A stretch of 64,000 bases of DNA, taken from positions 384,001 to 448,000 of the forward strand of contig JASGHJ010000001.1 of assembly GCA_047602405.1 (NCBI GenBank). Direction: 5' to 3'. Positions 29,777 through 40,133 of this stretch are shown here, piece by piece; position 1 is the first letter of the stretch, and each line of letters opens with the position of its first letter. A program made the position numbers and the translations under genes. This stretch comes from Anaeromyxobacteraceae bacterium (lineage in GTDB: Bacteria; Myxococcota; Myxococcia; Myxococcales; Anaeromyxobacteraceae). The notes under the pieces were generated by a model. The model searched no databases and was not told the DNA's origin. It saw nothing but the letters and a program-made list of their open reading frames with translations.

Positions 29777-31202
29777 GCGGGGGTCCGTCCACGAGGACGC
29801 GGGCGGAGGTGGGCGGCAGCTCGAGCGCCACGGTGCGCGCGTCGACGGCCCGCGCCGGCTCCGCGCGCTCCGCCAGCGCGTCGAAGGCCGGCGCCGGGCC
29901 CGGCGCGCCGGGGATCTCGAGCTCGACCCGCGCCGGCGCGGGGCCGAAGTTGAGCACCACGAGCGCCCGGCCGGCCTCGCCCGCGTCCCGCTGGAACGCG
30001 AAGACCGCCTCGCTCGGCGCCCCGCCCTCGGTCACCCGCGCCCGGCGGTAGAGCCCGTCGCGCAGCGCCGGGAGCTGCTCGCGCAGCGCGGCCAGCCGCC
30101 GGTAGAGCGGCCTCAGGCCCGAGGGATCCCGCCCGTCGAGCGGCGCCGGATCGGCGTAGGGCTCGTAGGCCGCGCCGGTCTCCTCGCCCGTGAAGACGAG
30201 CGGCAGGCCGGGCAGCGTGTGCTCGAGCACCGCCGCGACGCGGGTGAGCGCGGGGCCGTGCCGGGTCACGAAGCGCGCCCCGGTGTCGTTGTTGCCGAGG
30301 AAGCGGAGGACCCGGTCCATCGGCGTCGCGCGCGCGGCGAGCGCCGCGTCGAGCGCGGGCGCCACCCGGCGGGGATCGTCGAACGCGTGCTCCCAGGCCC
30401 CGTGCCCGAGCTCCGCGGTCCAGTCGTAGGCCGCGTCGAAGCCGCTCGCGATCCAGTACGGGTCGCGCGCGCTCGCCTCGGCGAGGAGCAGGAGCCCGGG
30501 CTTCTGGGCGCGCAGGTCCTTCACGAGGGCGGGCCAGAAGTCGGCGGCGCGGTCCTTCACCGCCCAGGCCGCGTCGAAGCGGAAGCCGTCCACGTCGTAG
30601 TCGCGCACCCACAGCGCGCAGGCATCGGAGACCATCCGGCGCACGGCCGGGTTCGCGTAGTCGAGCCGACGCAGGTGCTTCCAGTCGAAGTCGTAGCGCG
30701 CCTCGCCGTCCGGCCCGCGCTCGTAGAACGCCCACCAGGGCGACGCCCGGCCGCGCGCCTCGGCGTCCCGGTAGAAGGGGTGGCCGGTCGAGGTGTGGCT
30801 CGCGACGAGGTCGAGCACGACGCGCATGCGACGGGCGTGCGCCTCGCGGACGAGCGCGCGGAGCTCCGCGGGCGTGCCGTAGTCGGGCCGCAGCGCGAAG
30901 AGGTCGGTGACCGCGTAGCTGATGGCGCCCGGGTCGTCGGTGGCGGTGACCGGCGCGAGCCAGAGCACGTCGACGCCGAGGTCGGCGAGGGCGTCGAGGT
31001 GCGCGGTCACCGCCGCGAGCGGGCTCTCCCCGGGCCGGGAGACGAGGAGCGGCGGGACGACCCCGTACACGACCGCGCCGCGGTGCCACGCCGCCGCCGG
31101 GACCGGATCGGCCACCCGCGGCGCCGGGGGAGGCGGCGGGCGGGCGCAGGCCAGGAGGGCGGCCAGGCCCAGGACCCGTGCGAGGGTGGGAGGGAGCGGC
31201 AC
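29544..31202 (-). CDS. GH13 alpha-amylase family lipoprotein
   Basis: Lipobox LLAC; LGVDVLWLAP, DGFRFDAA, LLAE, FLGNND; 3' end overlaps the convergent transketolase-like gene. Confidence 0.85.
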   Translation of the reverse strand: MPLPPTLARVLGLAALLACARPPPPPAPRVADPVPAAAWHRGAVVYGVVPPLLVSRPGESPLAAVTAHLDALADLGVDVLWLAPVTATDDPGAISYAVTDLFALRPDYGTPAELRALVREAHARRMRVVLDLVASHTSTGHPFYRDAEARGRASPWWAFYERGPDGEARYDFDWKHLRRLDYANPAVRRMVSDACALWVRDYDVDGFRFDAAWAVKDRAADFWPALVKDLRAQKPGLLLLAEASARDPYWIASGFDAAYDWTAELGHGAWEHAFDDPRRVAPALDAALAARATPMDRVLRFLGNNDTGARFVTRHGPALTRVAAVLEHTLPGLPLVFTGEETGAAYEPYADPAPLDGRDPSGLRPLYRRLAALREQLPALRDGLYRRARVTEGGAPSEAVFAFQRDAGEAGRALVVLNFGPAPARVELEIPGAPGPAPAFDALAERAEPARAVDARTVALELPPTSARVLVDGPPLTPGVGRWRAPPRAGVEGLPATPRTRAPAGPGSPRRAPPRAAPRPRARSRGSARAGTGAWCGRAPRSSGSSATSSAA

Positions 31203-31293
31203 GCGGTCACAACCTCTCGCTGCCGGCGCCTCTTCCCCCGTGACCCGCGGAGGTCGTCCGTCCTACGCTGGTCACCCCACGGAGGTCCACGCC

Positions 31294-32209
31294 ATGACGC
31301 CCGCGCTCCTGCCGCTCGCTGCGCTGCTCGCCCTCAACGCCGCCGCCTCCGAGGCTCCCTCCGAGGCCCCCGCCGCGCCCTCCCCGGTGCCCGCTCCTGC
31401 GGCCACCCCCGCCGCCGAGCCGCAGGGCGCCCCCGCGCTCGTCGTCCTGAAGGACGGCCAGCAGCTCCGCGGCCGGCTGGTCGCGCAGGACGCCGCCGGC
31501 GCCACGCTCGAGCTGGCCGGCGGCTCGCGGGTGGTCGTCCCCGCCGCCTCGAATCGAGCGGATCGAGCTCGCGAGGCCTGGCCAGGCGGAGGCGCGCTCC
31601 CGCGACCCGAACCGCACCCGCTACCTCTACTCTCCCTCCGGCTTCATGCTCCGGCAGGGCGAGGGCTACGTCTCGCAGACCGAGCTCCTCTTCACCTCCG
31701 TCGCCTACGGCGTGACGGACCACGTGACCATCGGGCTCGGGACGGCGATCCCCGCGCTGTTCGTGGAGGACGGCTTCAACCTCCTCGGCACGCTGAAGGC
31801 CGGGCTCGACGTGAACGAGCACGTCCACGTCGCGGTGGGCGGCCAGACCCTGTGGCTGCCGGGCCTCGACGCGGGGACCACCGGGGGCGTGCTCTTCGGC
31901 GCGCTCACGCTCGGCACCCCCGACCTCCACCTCGGCGTCGCCGCCGGGCCGCTGTTCGTCACGGGGAACGAGGCGAACGACTTCGGCGACGTGCTCATGA
32001 CGGTCTCCGGCAACGCCCGCGTGTCCGAGCACCTCGCGCTCGTCTCCGAGAACTGGTTCCTCCCCGGCTCGTCGAACGGGTTCGTGCTCTCCGGCGCGCT
32101 GCGGATCATCTTCCAGCGGCTCGGCGTGGACGTGGGCCTGATGTTCGCGAAGGACGCGGACGTGCCGATCCCCTGGCTCGACTTCACCTGGAACTTCGGC
32201 GCGCGCTGA
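31294..32209 (+). CDS. Hypothetical outer-membrane/secreted protein, single-base insertion near 31552
   Basis: Signal peptide and LKDGQQLRG domain; removing one A from TCGAATCGAG joins it to DPNRTRYLYSPSGFML...WLDFTWNF (barrel-like end). Confidence 0.7.
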
Positions 32210-32219
32210 GGCGAGGCGC

Positions 32220-33089
32220 TCAGGGCCGCACGCCCGGCGCGTCGCGCCAGAGCCAGCCGAGCGCGTTCGCGAGCGCGATCGGGAAGACGGAGTCGTGCGT
32301 CTGTCCGGCGAGGAGGTCCCGCCGGAGCCGGTCGCGCGGGACGCCGCGGGCGGCGAGCAGCTCCGCGGCGCGCACGAGGTCGCCCTGCATCTCGCGCTCC
32401 TCGCTGCCCTCGCGGTCGCCGACCGCGAGGTAGACGCGGGCCCTCCCGGCCGCCTCCCGCCCCAGGCGCGCGAGGCCCGCCGGGCCGAGCACCCGCCGGT
32501 CCTCGAGCCAGAGCGAGGGGCTCACCGCGACGTGCCCCGCGAAGAGCCCGGGGGCCTCGGAGAGTGCCCACAGCGAGAAGAGCCCGCCGTAGGAGTGTCC
32601 GACGAGCACGCGGTCCGAGCCGACGCGGTACTCGCGCTCGAGGAACGGCAGAACCGTGTCGCGCAGGAACGCGAGGAACGCGGGCGCGCCGCCGGTGACG
32701 CCGTCGTACGGCGGGCCGTAGCCGCCGCGGGTGGTCGCCCAGGGCGTGTAGTCGCGGCTGCGGTGCATGCGGTACTCGTGCATCGTGGTCGCGCCGACGT
32801 ATCCCACGCCGACCACCACGAGCTCGGGCAGGCGGCCGCGGTCGGAGAGGTGGTCCACCATCGCGTGCGCGAGCGGGAACGCGTAGTCGGGGTCGAGCAC
32901 GAGGAGCAGGGGATAGCGGCGCGCCGGCTCCGCCGCGAACGACCGCGGCAACGAGACGCGGAGCTCGTGGCGGACGCCCGCCGCGGAGGTGAGCTCGCGC
33001 CGCTCGGTGTGCGGGAGGGCGACCGGCGGCGGCGCTGCGACCGGCGGCGGTGCGGCGAGCGCGGCCGCGAGGAGGAACGGCGCGAGCAT
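32220..33089 (-). CDS. Alpha/beta hydrolase (IroE/BesA-like esterase)
   Basis: YPLLLVLD, RSRDYTP, GGAPAFLAF, GHSYGG, SPSLW, THDS. Confidence 0.88.
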   Translation of the reverse strand: MLAPFLLAAALAAPPPVAAPPPVALPHTERRELTSAAGVRHELRVSLPRSFAAEPARRYPLLLVLDPDYAFPLAHAMVDHLSDRGRLPELVVVGVGYVGATTMHEYRMHRSRDYTPWATTRGGYGPPYDGVTGGAPAFLAFLRDTVLPFLEREYRVGSDRVLVGHSYGGLFSLWALSEAPGLFAGHVAVSPSLWLEDRRVLGPAGLARLGREAAGRARVYLAVGDREGSEEREMQGDLVRAAELLAARGVPRDRLRRDLLAGQTHDSVFPIALANALGWLWRDAPGVRP

Positions 33090-33174
33090 CCCGGAGGTAT
33101 ACGCCATCCGGAACGTGACGGGGACCCGCCGGGCACGTAGGCTGGGCGAGGCACGTCGACCTGAGGAGGTCCCC

Positions 33175-33549
33175 TTGGCCGTGAACCCTTCCACCCGCGC
33201 CCGCTTCCGCGAGTACAAGGGCAAGCGCATCTACGTGACCGACGGCTCCGGCCTCGGCCACGACGACATCCTGCGCATCGCCGACAAGTGCGCGGAGGAC
33301 GTCCGCGCCCAGCCGCTCGGCTCGGTGCTGGCGGTCATCCACGCGAAGGACGCGATCATCGACTGGCGCATCATGGAGAAGATGCGCTGGCTCGCGGACG
33401 GCAACCGCCCCCACGTCCGGGCCGCCGCGGTCAGCGGGCTCGCGCCGGTGCACCGGATGATCCTGAAGACGGTCTCGATCGTCACCCGCCGCGACTTCCT
33501 GGTCTTCGAGACGCTGGAGGAGGCCCTGGACGCCCTGGCGAAGCTGTAG
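33175..33549 (+). CDS. Hypothetical protein (STAS/SEC14-like)
   Basis: GAGGAGG RBS then TTG/GTG; ends FETLEEALDAL, typical of this fold. Confidence 0.65.
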   Translation: MAVNPSTRARFREYKGKRIYVTDGSGLGHDDILRIADKCAEDVRAQPLGSVLAVIHAKDAIIDWRIMEKMRWLADGNRPHVRAAAVSGLAPVHRMILKTVSIVTRRDFLVFETLEEALDALAKL

Positions 33550-34438
33550 GCCTCCGGTCGAGCTCCGCCCGGAGCGCGCGCAGGAACGCGTCCCGGAGCG
33601 GGCTCCCCGGCCCCGGCAGCCACGCGGCGCCCACCCGCCACGCGGCCTCGGGCACGAGGAGGGGCAGGATGACGACGCCCTCCACCCGGGTGGCGGTCAC
33701 CGTGCGCGGCACGATGCCGATCCCGGCGCCCGCCGAGACGAGCGCGAGCACGGTGAAGAACTCCTTCGCGGCCTGGACCACCCGCGGGCGGAAGCCGTAG
33801 CGCGCGCAGACCCGGTTCACGTGGGCGTGGAAGGAGGGCGAGCGCGACTCGTCGAGCTCGACGAACGGCTCGTCCCCGAGCACGCCGCCGGAGAGCTTGC
33901 CCAGCGCCGCGGCGCGCGCGGCCGGCACGGCGAGCACCAGCCGCTCCTCGACCACGGGCACGTGCACGAGCGGCCGGTCCACCGGGAGCCGCACGAAGCC
34001 CACGTCGAGCTCCCCCCGCCCGAGCGCGTCCACCTGGGTGGGCGTGGACATGTCCTGGAGCGCCACGCTGACGTCCGGGTGCTGCGCGCGGAACCGCGAG
34101 ACGAGCCGGGGGACGAACAGGCGGGTCGCGATGCCGAAGCCGAGGCGGAGCTCGCCCACCTCACCCCGGGCGATGCGCCGAGCCCGCTCGCCGAGGTGGT
34201 CGGCCTGCCGGAGCAGCGGCGCGACCTCGGCCGCGAAGAGGCGGCCCGCCGGCGTGAGCTGGGCGCCGTGCCGCCCCCGGAGGAAGAGCGGGAGGCCGGC
34301 GGCGTCCTCGAGCTGCCGCACCTGCTTCGTGAGCGCGGGCTGGCTGAGGTGCAGGGCCCCCGCGGCCCGGCCGAAGTGGCCGTGGGCGGCGAGGACCTGG
34401 AACGAGCGGAGGAGGCGCAGCTCGAGGTCGACCGGCAT
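33482..34438 (-). CDS. LysR family transcriptional regulator
   Basis: HFGRAAGALHLSQPALTKQVRQLE, LTPAG, LDVGFVR. Confidence 0.95.
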   Translation of the reverse strand: MPVDLELRLLRSFQVLAAHGHFGRAAGALHLSQPALTKQVRQLEDAAGLPLFLRGRHGAQLTPAGRLFAAEVAPLLRQADHLGERARRIARGEVGELRLGFGIATRLFVPRLVSRFRAQHPDVSVALQDMSTPTQVDALGRGELDVGFVRLPVDRPLVHVPVVEERLVLAVPAARAAALGKLSGGVLGDEPFVELDESRSPSFHAHVNRVCARYGFRPRVVQAAKEFFTVLALVSAGAGIGIVPRTVTATRVEGVVILPLLVPEAAWRVGAAWLPGPGSPLRDAFLRALRAELDRRPTASPGRPGPPPASRRPGSRGG

Positions 34439-34440
34439 TC

Positions 34441-34457
34441 GATAACCTTAGGTTATC
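34441..34457. promoter_or_regulatory. LysR T-N11-A operator overlapping the lysR -10 element
   Basis: Perfect inverted repeat GATAACC-TTA-GGTTATC immediately upstream of the lysR ATG. Confidence 0.8.
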
Positions 34458-34564
34458 CGACCTTGGCCTTCAATCGATTGGACGTCCGCGGCGCCCGGCG
34501 GCATGGTCCGGGGCGTGGCTCCGGGTGGCACGCCGCCCCCCGCCCACGCGGAGAACACGCCGTC

Positions 34565-34651
34565 ATGACGTTCCTCAGGTCGATCGCCAGCGCCGCCGTC
34601 CGGGCCGCCCGCGCCAACGCGTGCGAGAAGCTCGCCGAGTGGGCCCCGTAG
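34565..34651 (+). CDS. Candidate small ORF (28 aa) divergent from lysR
   Basis: MTFLRSIASAAVRAARANACEKLAEWAP; GGAGA upstream; GC-rich third positions. Confidence 0.4.
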   Translation: MTFLRSIASAAVRAARANACEKLAEWAP

Positions 34652-34682
34652 CGGCGGCGCCGGGGTACGGCGCGCGCGTCCC

Positions 34683-36725
34683 TCAGGGCGCGAGGACGTG
34701 CAGCGCGCTCGCCGAGCCCGAGTTGTTCCCGATCGGGGTGAGGACCCAGTTCCAGTGCAGCGTGGCCGTCGAGGCCGTCCAGACGTGGCCGCGGCAGTCG
34801 GAGTTGTTCATCGTCGAGCCGTCGGTCTGCCCGGCGTAGTTGACGAAGTCGAAGAACGCGCCGGCGGGGGCCCCGGCTGCGTAGCCGAGCGCCGGCCCCT
34901 GCCCGAGCCCGCAGGCCGCGATCGCGAGGCCGTCCGGCGCGCCGGGCGTGAGCGCGGGGAAGTCGGACACGCTCGAGGCGCCGGAGATGTCGAGGAAGCC
35001 GTCCGTCGCCCCGGTCGCCCCGATGGGCGCGGCGGCGGCGCCCGCGAGGTCGTACACGGTGAAGCTCGCCGGCTGCGGGGTGCCCGCGATGGTGAGCGTG
35101 AGCGCGAGGTCGCCGCCCACCTGCGCGCCCGGCGCCACCCAGAACTGCGGGCGCCCGCTCCCGTCGATGGCCTGGGTCCAGGCGTTCCCCTTCGAGTCGG
35201 TGAGCGCGGCGATGGTGACGATGAAGTCCTCGTGGGTCACGAGCAGGAGCGTGTTCCCGGACGAGGGCGCCTGCAGGCGGAACGGCCCGGTCCCGAAGGT
35301 CTCGTTGGTGAAGTGGAGGATCCGCACGATCCGCAGGCCGCCGCCGGGCGGGGTGCCGGCCCGCGCCGCGCGCAGCGCGATGGCGAGCCCGACGAAGGGG
35401 TCGTGCTGCGGCGCCATGGCCGCGGTCAGGGCCGGCGTGATGGGGGCCGCCGCGGCCTGGACGCCCCACTCGCTCGCGTGGTGGCAGGAGGCGTCGCGGT
35501 GCCAGGCGACGTTCGCGTCCAGGAGCTCGAACCCGGCCCCGGCCGTGAAGCCGGTCACGTCGTTGCCCGAGCCGGGGCTCGCGTCGTCCCAGAAGAGCGC
35601 CCAGATCGCGTTGCCGCCCGCGGCGTCGTTGTCCTCGGGCGTGAAGGTGCCGGCGGAGAGGTCCGGGGCCTGCACGAGGCTCCTCGAGGTGCTGCCGCTC
35701 ACCGGGTTCACGGTCGCGATGCCGGCGAGCTCGGTGACGGTGTACTGGAACGGGATCACGTTCCCGGTGAAGTGGACGGTGAGGGTGTGGACGCCGGGCG
35801 CCGCGTCGGGCAGCACGAAGATGGCGAGGTCCACGTTGCCCGCGGCGTCCACCGCGACGGCGGCGGGGGTGGTGGGCCAGGTGCCGTTCGTGTCGGTGAC
35901 CGGGGTCGCGGCGAGGGTGCCGCTCGCGCCGTAGGCGATGCCGAGCACGAGGCAGTTCCCCGGGAGCACCGGGTTCGGCAGCGTGAACCTGAAGTGGTTG
36001 CCCGACTCGGTCTTGCCCGGCGCGTTCGTCGAGGAGGCGAGGTGCTGCACGAGCGTCGGGCGGTCGGCGCCGGCGGTGAACGTCGTCGCCTGGACGGGCG
36101 CGGAGGACGCCGAGACGTTGCCGGCGGCGTCGCGGGCCGCGACGGTGTACGCATGCGGGGACGCGGTGGCGAGGCCGGTGTCGGACCACGAGGTCGAGGT
36201 CACGGTCGCGGCCGCGGCGCCGTCGCGGGTCACGAGGTAGGCGGTGACGCCGACGTCGTCGGTCGAGGCGCTCCAGGCGAGGTCGATGCGCGACGGGGAG
36301 GCCGGGGTGGCGGTGAGCCCGGCGGGCACCGAGGGCGGGGTCGTGTCCGGTGCCGCGGCGGTCTGGAGCGTCGCGTCGGGGCCGAGCGCGACGTTGCCGG
36401 CCGCGTCGGCGGACCGGACGCGGAAGTGGTAGGTCGTCGCGGGCGCGAGGCCGGCGAGGGCCACCGCGTGGGCGAGGGAGCGCCCGGCCGTCGTCGAGGT
36501 CGAGCCGTAGGCGGCGGAGGCGCCGTACTCGACGGCGCTCGTGGCGGGCTCGTCGGTGGTCCAGGACACGGTGGCCGAGGTCGCTCCCGGCGTCCCGACC
36601 GTCACGCCGGAGACGACGGGCGAGGTGGTGTCGGCGGGCGGAGGCGGCCTCGAGCCGCCGGCGCCGCCGCAAGCGACGAGGACCACGAGCGCGAGGAGGG
36701 CGGGCAGGAGGCGAAGGGGCGTCAC
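34683..36725 (-). CDS. Fibronectin type III domain lipoprotein
   Basis: Lipobox LVAC; WTTDEPATSAVEYG...TTYHFRVRS and DTTPPSVP...WSASTDDVGV...YTVAARDAAGN domains. Confidence 0.85.
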   Translation of the reverse strand: MTPLRLLPALLALVVLVACGGAGGSRPPPPADTTSPVVSGVTVGTPGATSATVSWTTDEPATSAVEYGASAAYGSTSTTAGRSLAHAVALAGLAPATTYHFRVRSADAAGNVALGPDATLQTAAAPDTTPPSVPAGLTATPASPSRIDLAWSASTDDVGVTAYLVTRDGAAAATVTSTSWSDTGLATASPHAYTVAARDAAGNVSASSAPVQATTFTAGADRPTLVQHLASSTNAPGKTESGNHFRFTLPNPVLPGNCLVLGIAYGASGTLAATPVTDTNGTWPTTPAAVAVDAAGNVDLAIFVLPDAAPGVHTLTVHFTGNVIPFQYTVTELAGIATVNPVSGSTSRSLVQAPDLSAGTFTPEDNDAAGGNAIWALFWDDASPGSGNDVTGFTAGAGFELLDANVAWHRDASCHHASEWGVQAAAAPITPALTAAMAPQHDPFVGLAIALRAARAGTPPGGGLRIVRILHFTNETFGTGPFRLQAPSSGNTLLLVTHEDFIVTIAALTDSKGNAWTQAIDGSGRPQFWVAPGAQVGGDLALTLTIAGTPQPASFTVYDLAGAAAAPIGATGATDGFLDISGASSVSDFPALTPGAPDGLAIAACGLGQGPALGYAAGAPAGAFFDFVNYAGQTDGSTMNNSDCRGHVWTASTATLHWNWVLTPIGNNSGSASALHVLAP

Positions 36726-36863
36726 GATGCCCCGATGCTACGGCCTCGGCCCCGCCTGGCCAGTCCCGCGCCGACCCGACCCCCCCGGCGGGCCTCGAAA
36801 GGAAGGGGCGGACGCCGCGATCGGCGCCCGCCCCCGTGACTTCACGGCGACTTCAACGCGGCG

Positions 36864-39668
36864 CTACCGGTGGCAGGCCTTGCAGGCCTCCTCCTCGTCG
36901 CCGCTCCACTCCGCGTACGGCGTGGGGTCGTAGGTCATCGACTTCATGTGCGCGAGCGCCGCGTCGGTGTCGTGGCAGCCGCGGCACGCGACGCGGTTCG
37001 GGTTGGTCTTCCAGGTGCCGCTCGTCTCGCCCGCGGGGTGGCAGGACTCGCAGTTCCGGACGTCCATCGGGTACACGATGTACCAGTTGCGGCCCGGGAC
37101 GCTCTCCTCGTGGTCGACCGTGATCGTCGGCGTGGAGAGGTTCGCCCCGTTGTGGATCGAGTGGACCCGGCGGGAGATCGGCTTCGTGCTGCCGCCGGTC
37201 GTCCAGGTCCGCGTGGTGAGCGTCTCGGCGGAGGCGTAGTCGTGGCAGCCGCCGCACTGATCCAGGGCCCGCGCGTCGAAGAGCTTGTCGTGGCGCGGGT
37301 AGTCGAGGATGTAGCCTGTGTTGGACGCGTAGCTCCAGTGGCAGGTGTCGCAGTTCTTCGCGATGGGGAGCTCCTCGGCCTCCTGCTTCACCTGGAACGT
37401 CTTCACCGCCACCGACGGCGTGCGGTAGCTGGCGGAGGTCGCGCCGCGGCCCATGTCGGCGAACTCGACGTTCACGACGTAGGTGCCCGGCTTCATGTAC
37501 GGGTCGATCGGGTCGAGCGTGTACTTGATGCCGGCCGCCGTGAGCGTCAGCTTCGGGTCGTTGTTGGCCGTGTTGGTGCGCGCGCGCAGCTGCGACGCGC
37601 CGCCGGTCGCCTTCGCGTCGTGGTCGGTGCCGCCGGTGAAGACGAGCTGGTTGAGGCTGGTGGCGTCGGTCAGCGCCGGGACCTGCACGGTCGTGTTGGC
37701 GAGCGTCGGCCGGCTGCGGATCGCGAAGCGCTGGGTCGCCTCGTCGAGGTACGCGATGGCCCGGTCGCGGAACAGGAAGTTCCGCTCGTTGTAGGTGAAC
37801 GTCGCGTTCGGGCCCATGAGGAACGTCACGAGCTCGGCGGCGGTCGCGGCGGCCGGGGCGGCGAAGGCCGTGTCGGGCACCGAGACGGTGAAGTCACCGG
37901 GCACGAGCACGTCCTCGCCCTCCTGCATGAGGACGATGAAGTTGCCGGAGTCGACGATCACGCGCAGCGCGGCGGCGCCCGCGGCGCTGAGGTCCCACGG
38001 CCCGGCGGAGGTCGCGACGACGCGGGCCCGCGCGTTCATGGCGAGCACCGGGACGCGCAGGGCGCGCGGACCGGTCACGTACATGTTGGCGTTGCGGAAC
38101 AGGCCGTCCGCCGTCTCGTTGCACTCCGTCCCCTCGGCGCCGGTCTTGGGGGTGCAGCCCTCACCGGTGGGGTCCTCGACGACCGTGGTGTGGTCGATGG
38201 GGGTGCCGTTCTTCGAGAGGACCACCGTCACGACGGGGACCTCGCCGTCCACGTAGAACTTGGCGTTCGCCGGGGCGGACATCGTCACCGCAACGTCGAA
38301 CTCGGGGACGTTGCGGACGTCCTTCTTCGTGAAGGCGTGCGCGTTCGGCACCGAGGCCGCGTTCGTGCCCGACGACGGGTGGCAGGTGGTGCACGCGCCG
38401 TCGGTGGTCTGCGCGATGTTGTTGGAGGAGTGGCCCGCGCCGGTGGCGAAGTTGATGTTGTCGTGGCAGGAGCCGCACGCCTTGCGCGACGGGACGGCCT
38501 TCCAGTTGTCCTTCTGCGCGCCCGCGCCGTCGTGGCACGCCGTGCAGTTCGCGATCACGGCCGGGAAGGCGCCGAACCAGGAGTGCTTCGAGTTCGAGTT
38601 GCCCCAGATGGCGTACTCGTGGTTGTCCGCCGACTCGTCGGCGAGGGTGGCCGGGTTGTCCCAGTAGGTCCAGTCGGCGCCCGCCACCGAGGGGAGCTCA
38701 CCGCCGGCGTGGATGCGGTGGATCATCACCGTCATGTCGATGCTCTCGCCGCCGTGCGGATCGACGCCGTCCTGCGCGGTGCCGTCGGAGCTGTGGCAGG
38801 TCACGCAGCCCTGCATGGTCAGGCGATCGCCGCCGTGGCCGGCGAACTCGGGGCCGTGGCACTTCACGCACACCGAGGTCGGGATGATGTCGCGCTTCGT
38901 GACCGCGCCGGAGCCGTCCGGCACGAAGTCGAACGTCGCCTCGGCGGTCGGGCCGCTGTGCCCGCCCATCATGATCTGCACGCGGTGGGTGAGGTTGCGC
39001 TGGTAGGGGATCGCGACCCCGTCGACCGTGACGGCCGAGAGGTTGAGCGCGAAGCGATAGGAGTACTGGCCGGCGCCGAGGTTGGTGAGGACGCCGTTGT
39101 TCTCGCGGCTGCCCTGGCGGGCCTTCGTGCCGTCGGGCTTCGGCCAGTTGCCGGTCGCCGAGCCGGAGACGGTCTGGACGCGCTGGTTGTAGTCGACCCA
39201 GCGGCTCCACGCGACGTCCGCGGCCGGCGGGACCAGCTTCGCGACCAGCGCCTGGACCGCGGTGAGGTTGGTGACCGGCGTCGCGCCGTCGGCCACGTTG
39301 AAGGCGACCGTGACGACGCCGGCGGCGTCGGCGGTGGCGCCGGTGATCGTGGCGGTCACGAACTTCTTCGCGCCGTTGGCGTACTCGCCGGTGGAGAGGA
39401 GCCAGTCCTCACCGTGGAAGTTGACGACCGCGAGGTCGCTGCCGTCCTGCCCGGCGGGGCCGGTCGCGCCCGTGGGGCCCGTCGCGCCCGTGGGGCCCGT
39501 CGCGCCGGTGGGACCCGTCGCGCCGGTGGGGCCGGTCGGACCGGTCGGACCGGCCGCGCCGTTCGTCCCGTTCGTCCCGTCCGTGCCGTCCGTACCCGAG
39601 CAACCCACGATGAACACCGCCGCCACCATGGCCGCGAACACGCGGCCCGCCATCACCGTTCGTCTCAT
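36864..39668 (-). CDS. OmcA/MtrC family decaheme c-type cytochrome lipoprotein
   Basis: Lipobox IVGC; ten CxxCH motifs in two groups of five separated by a heme-free domain; GGAGGGG RBS. Confidence 0.92.
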   Translation of the reverse strand: MRRTVMAGRVFAAMVAAVFIVGCSGTDGTDGTNGTNGAAGPTGPTGPTGATGPTGATGPTGATGPTGATGPAGQDGSDLAVVNFHGEDWLLSTGEYANGAKKFVTATITGATADAAGVVTVAFNVADGATPVTNLTAVQALVAKLVPPAADVAWSRWVDYNQRVQTVSGSATGNWPKPDGTKARQGSRENNGVLTNLGAGQYSYRFALNLSAVTVDGVAIPYQRNLTHRVQIMMGGHSGPTAEATFDFVPDGSGAVTKRDIIPTSVCVKCHGPEFAGHGGDRLTMQGCVTCHSSDGTAQDGVDPHGGESIDMTVMIHRIHAGGELPSVAGADWTYWDNPATLADESADNHEYAIWGNSNSKHSWFGAFPAVIANCTACHDGAGAQKDNWKAVPSRKACGSCHDNINFATGAGHSSNNIAQTTDGACTTCHPSSGTNAASVPNAHAFTKKDVRNVPEFDVAVTMSAPANAKFYVDGEVPVVTVVLSKNGTPIDHTTVVEDPTGEGCTPKTGAEGTECNETADGLFRNANMYVTGPRALRVPVLAMNARARVVATSAGPWDLSAAGAAALRVIVDSGNFIVLMQEGEDVLVPGDFTVSVPDTAFAAPAAATAAELVTFLMGPNATFTYNERNFLFRDRAIAYLDEATQRFAIRSRPTLANTTVQVPALTDATSLNQLVFTGGTDHDAKATGGASQLRARTNTANNDPKLTLTAAGIKYTLDPIDPYMKPGTYVVNVEFADMGRGATSASYRTPSVAVKTFQVKQEAEELPIAKNCDTCHWSYASNTGYILDYPRHDKLFDARALDQCGGCHDYASAETLTTRTWTTGGSTKPISRRVHSIHNGANLSTPTITVDHEESVPGRNWYIVYPMDVRNCESCHPAGETSGTWKTNPNRVACRGCHDTDAALAHMKSMTYDPTPYAEWSGDEEEACKACHR
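39440..39600 (-). repeat. Collagen-like Gly-X-Y tandem repeat (9/18-bp units)
   Basis: [52 protein letters not shown]. Confidence 0.9.
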
Positions 39669-39855
39669 GGAGCCCCTCCGAGGGTTCGTTCTCTCGAACT
39701 GCGCCGGCGAACGACCGCGTGCCCGGCTGGCCCGCGGCTCATCGCCGACGCGAGCGTGCAGGCTTGCATGGCGCGTGCGCCGGGGAGGTGTGGTCACTCG
39801 ACGCGAGGCTACGTGCCGCGCGCCGATCGGCGCTGTGCGGTGATGGCGCAGGTGA

Positions 39856-39875
39856 GGTGAACGGTTCGTGAACGG
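39856..39875 (-). promoter_or_regulatory. 11-bp-period direct repeat, OmpR/PhoB-type site candidate
   Basis: Minus strand CCGTTCAC-GAA-CCGTTCAC upstream of the decaheme gene. Confidence 0.55.
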
Positions 39876-40133
39876 AGCGCCGCGCGACCGCGGCCGCGGC
39901 GCGCGCCTGCGCGGCCCCGCGATGCGGCGAGCGCTGCTCCGACTCGCGCGGGCATGCGCGGCTCGCCGCGCCCCGCGCGGGTGAGACGGGGCGGCGCGAG
40001 CATTGCGGGGGCGCACCAAGACTGGCCGGGGACGCCGCCCTCTTCGGAGCCCCCCGTAACGCCGCGCCACGCCCGCGGACAGGAGCGCTCGGGATGCGCG
40101 GCCTCCGCCGTGCCCCGACGGAGGTTCCACGAC

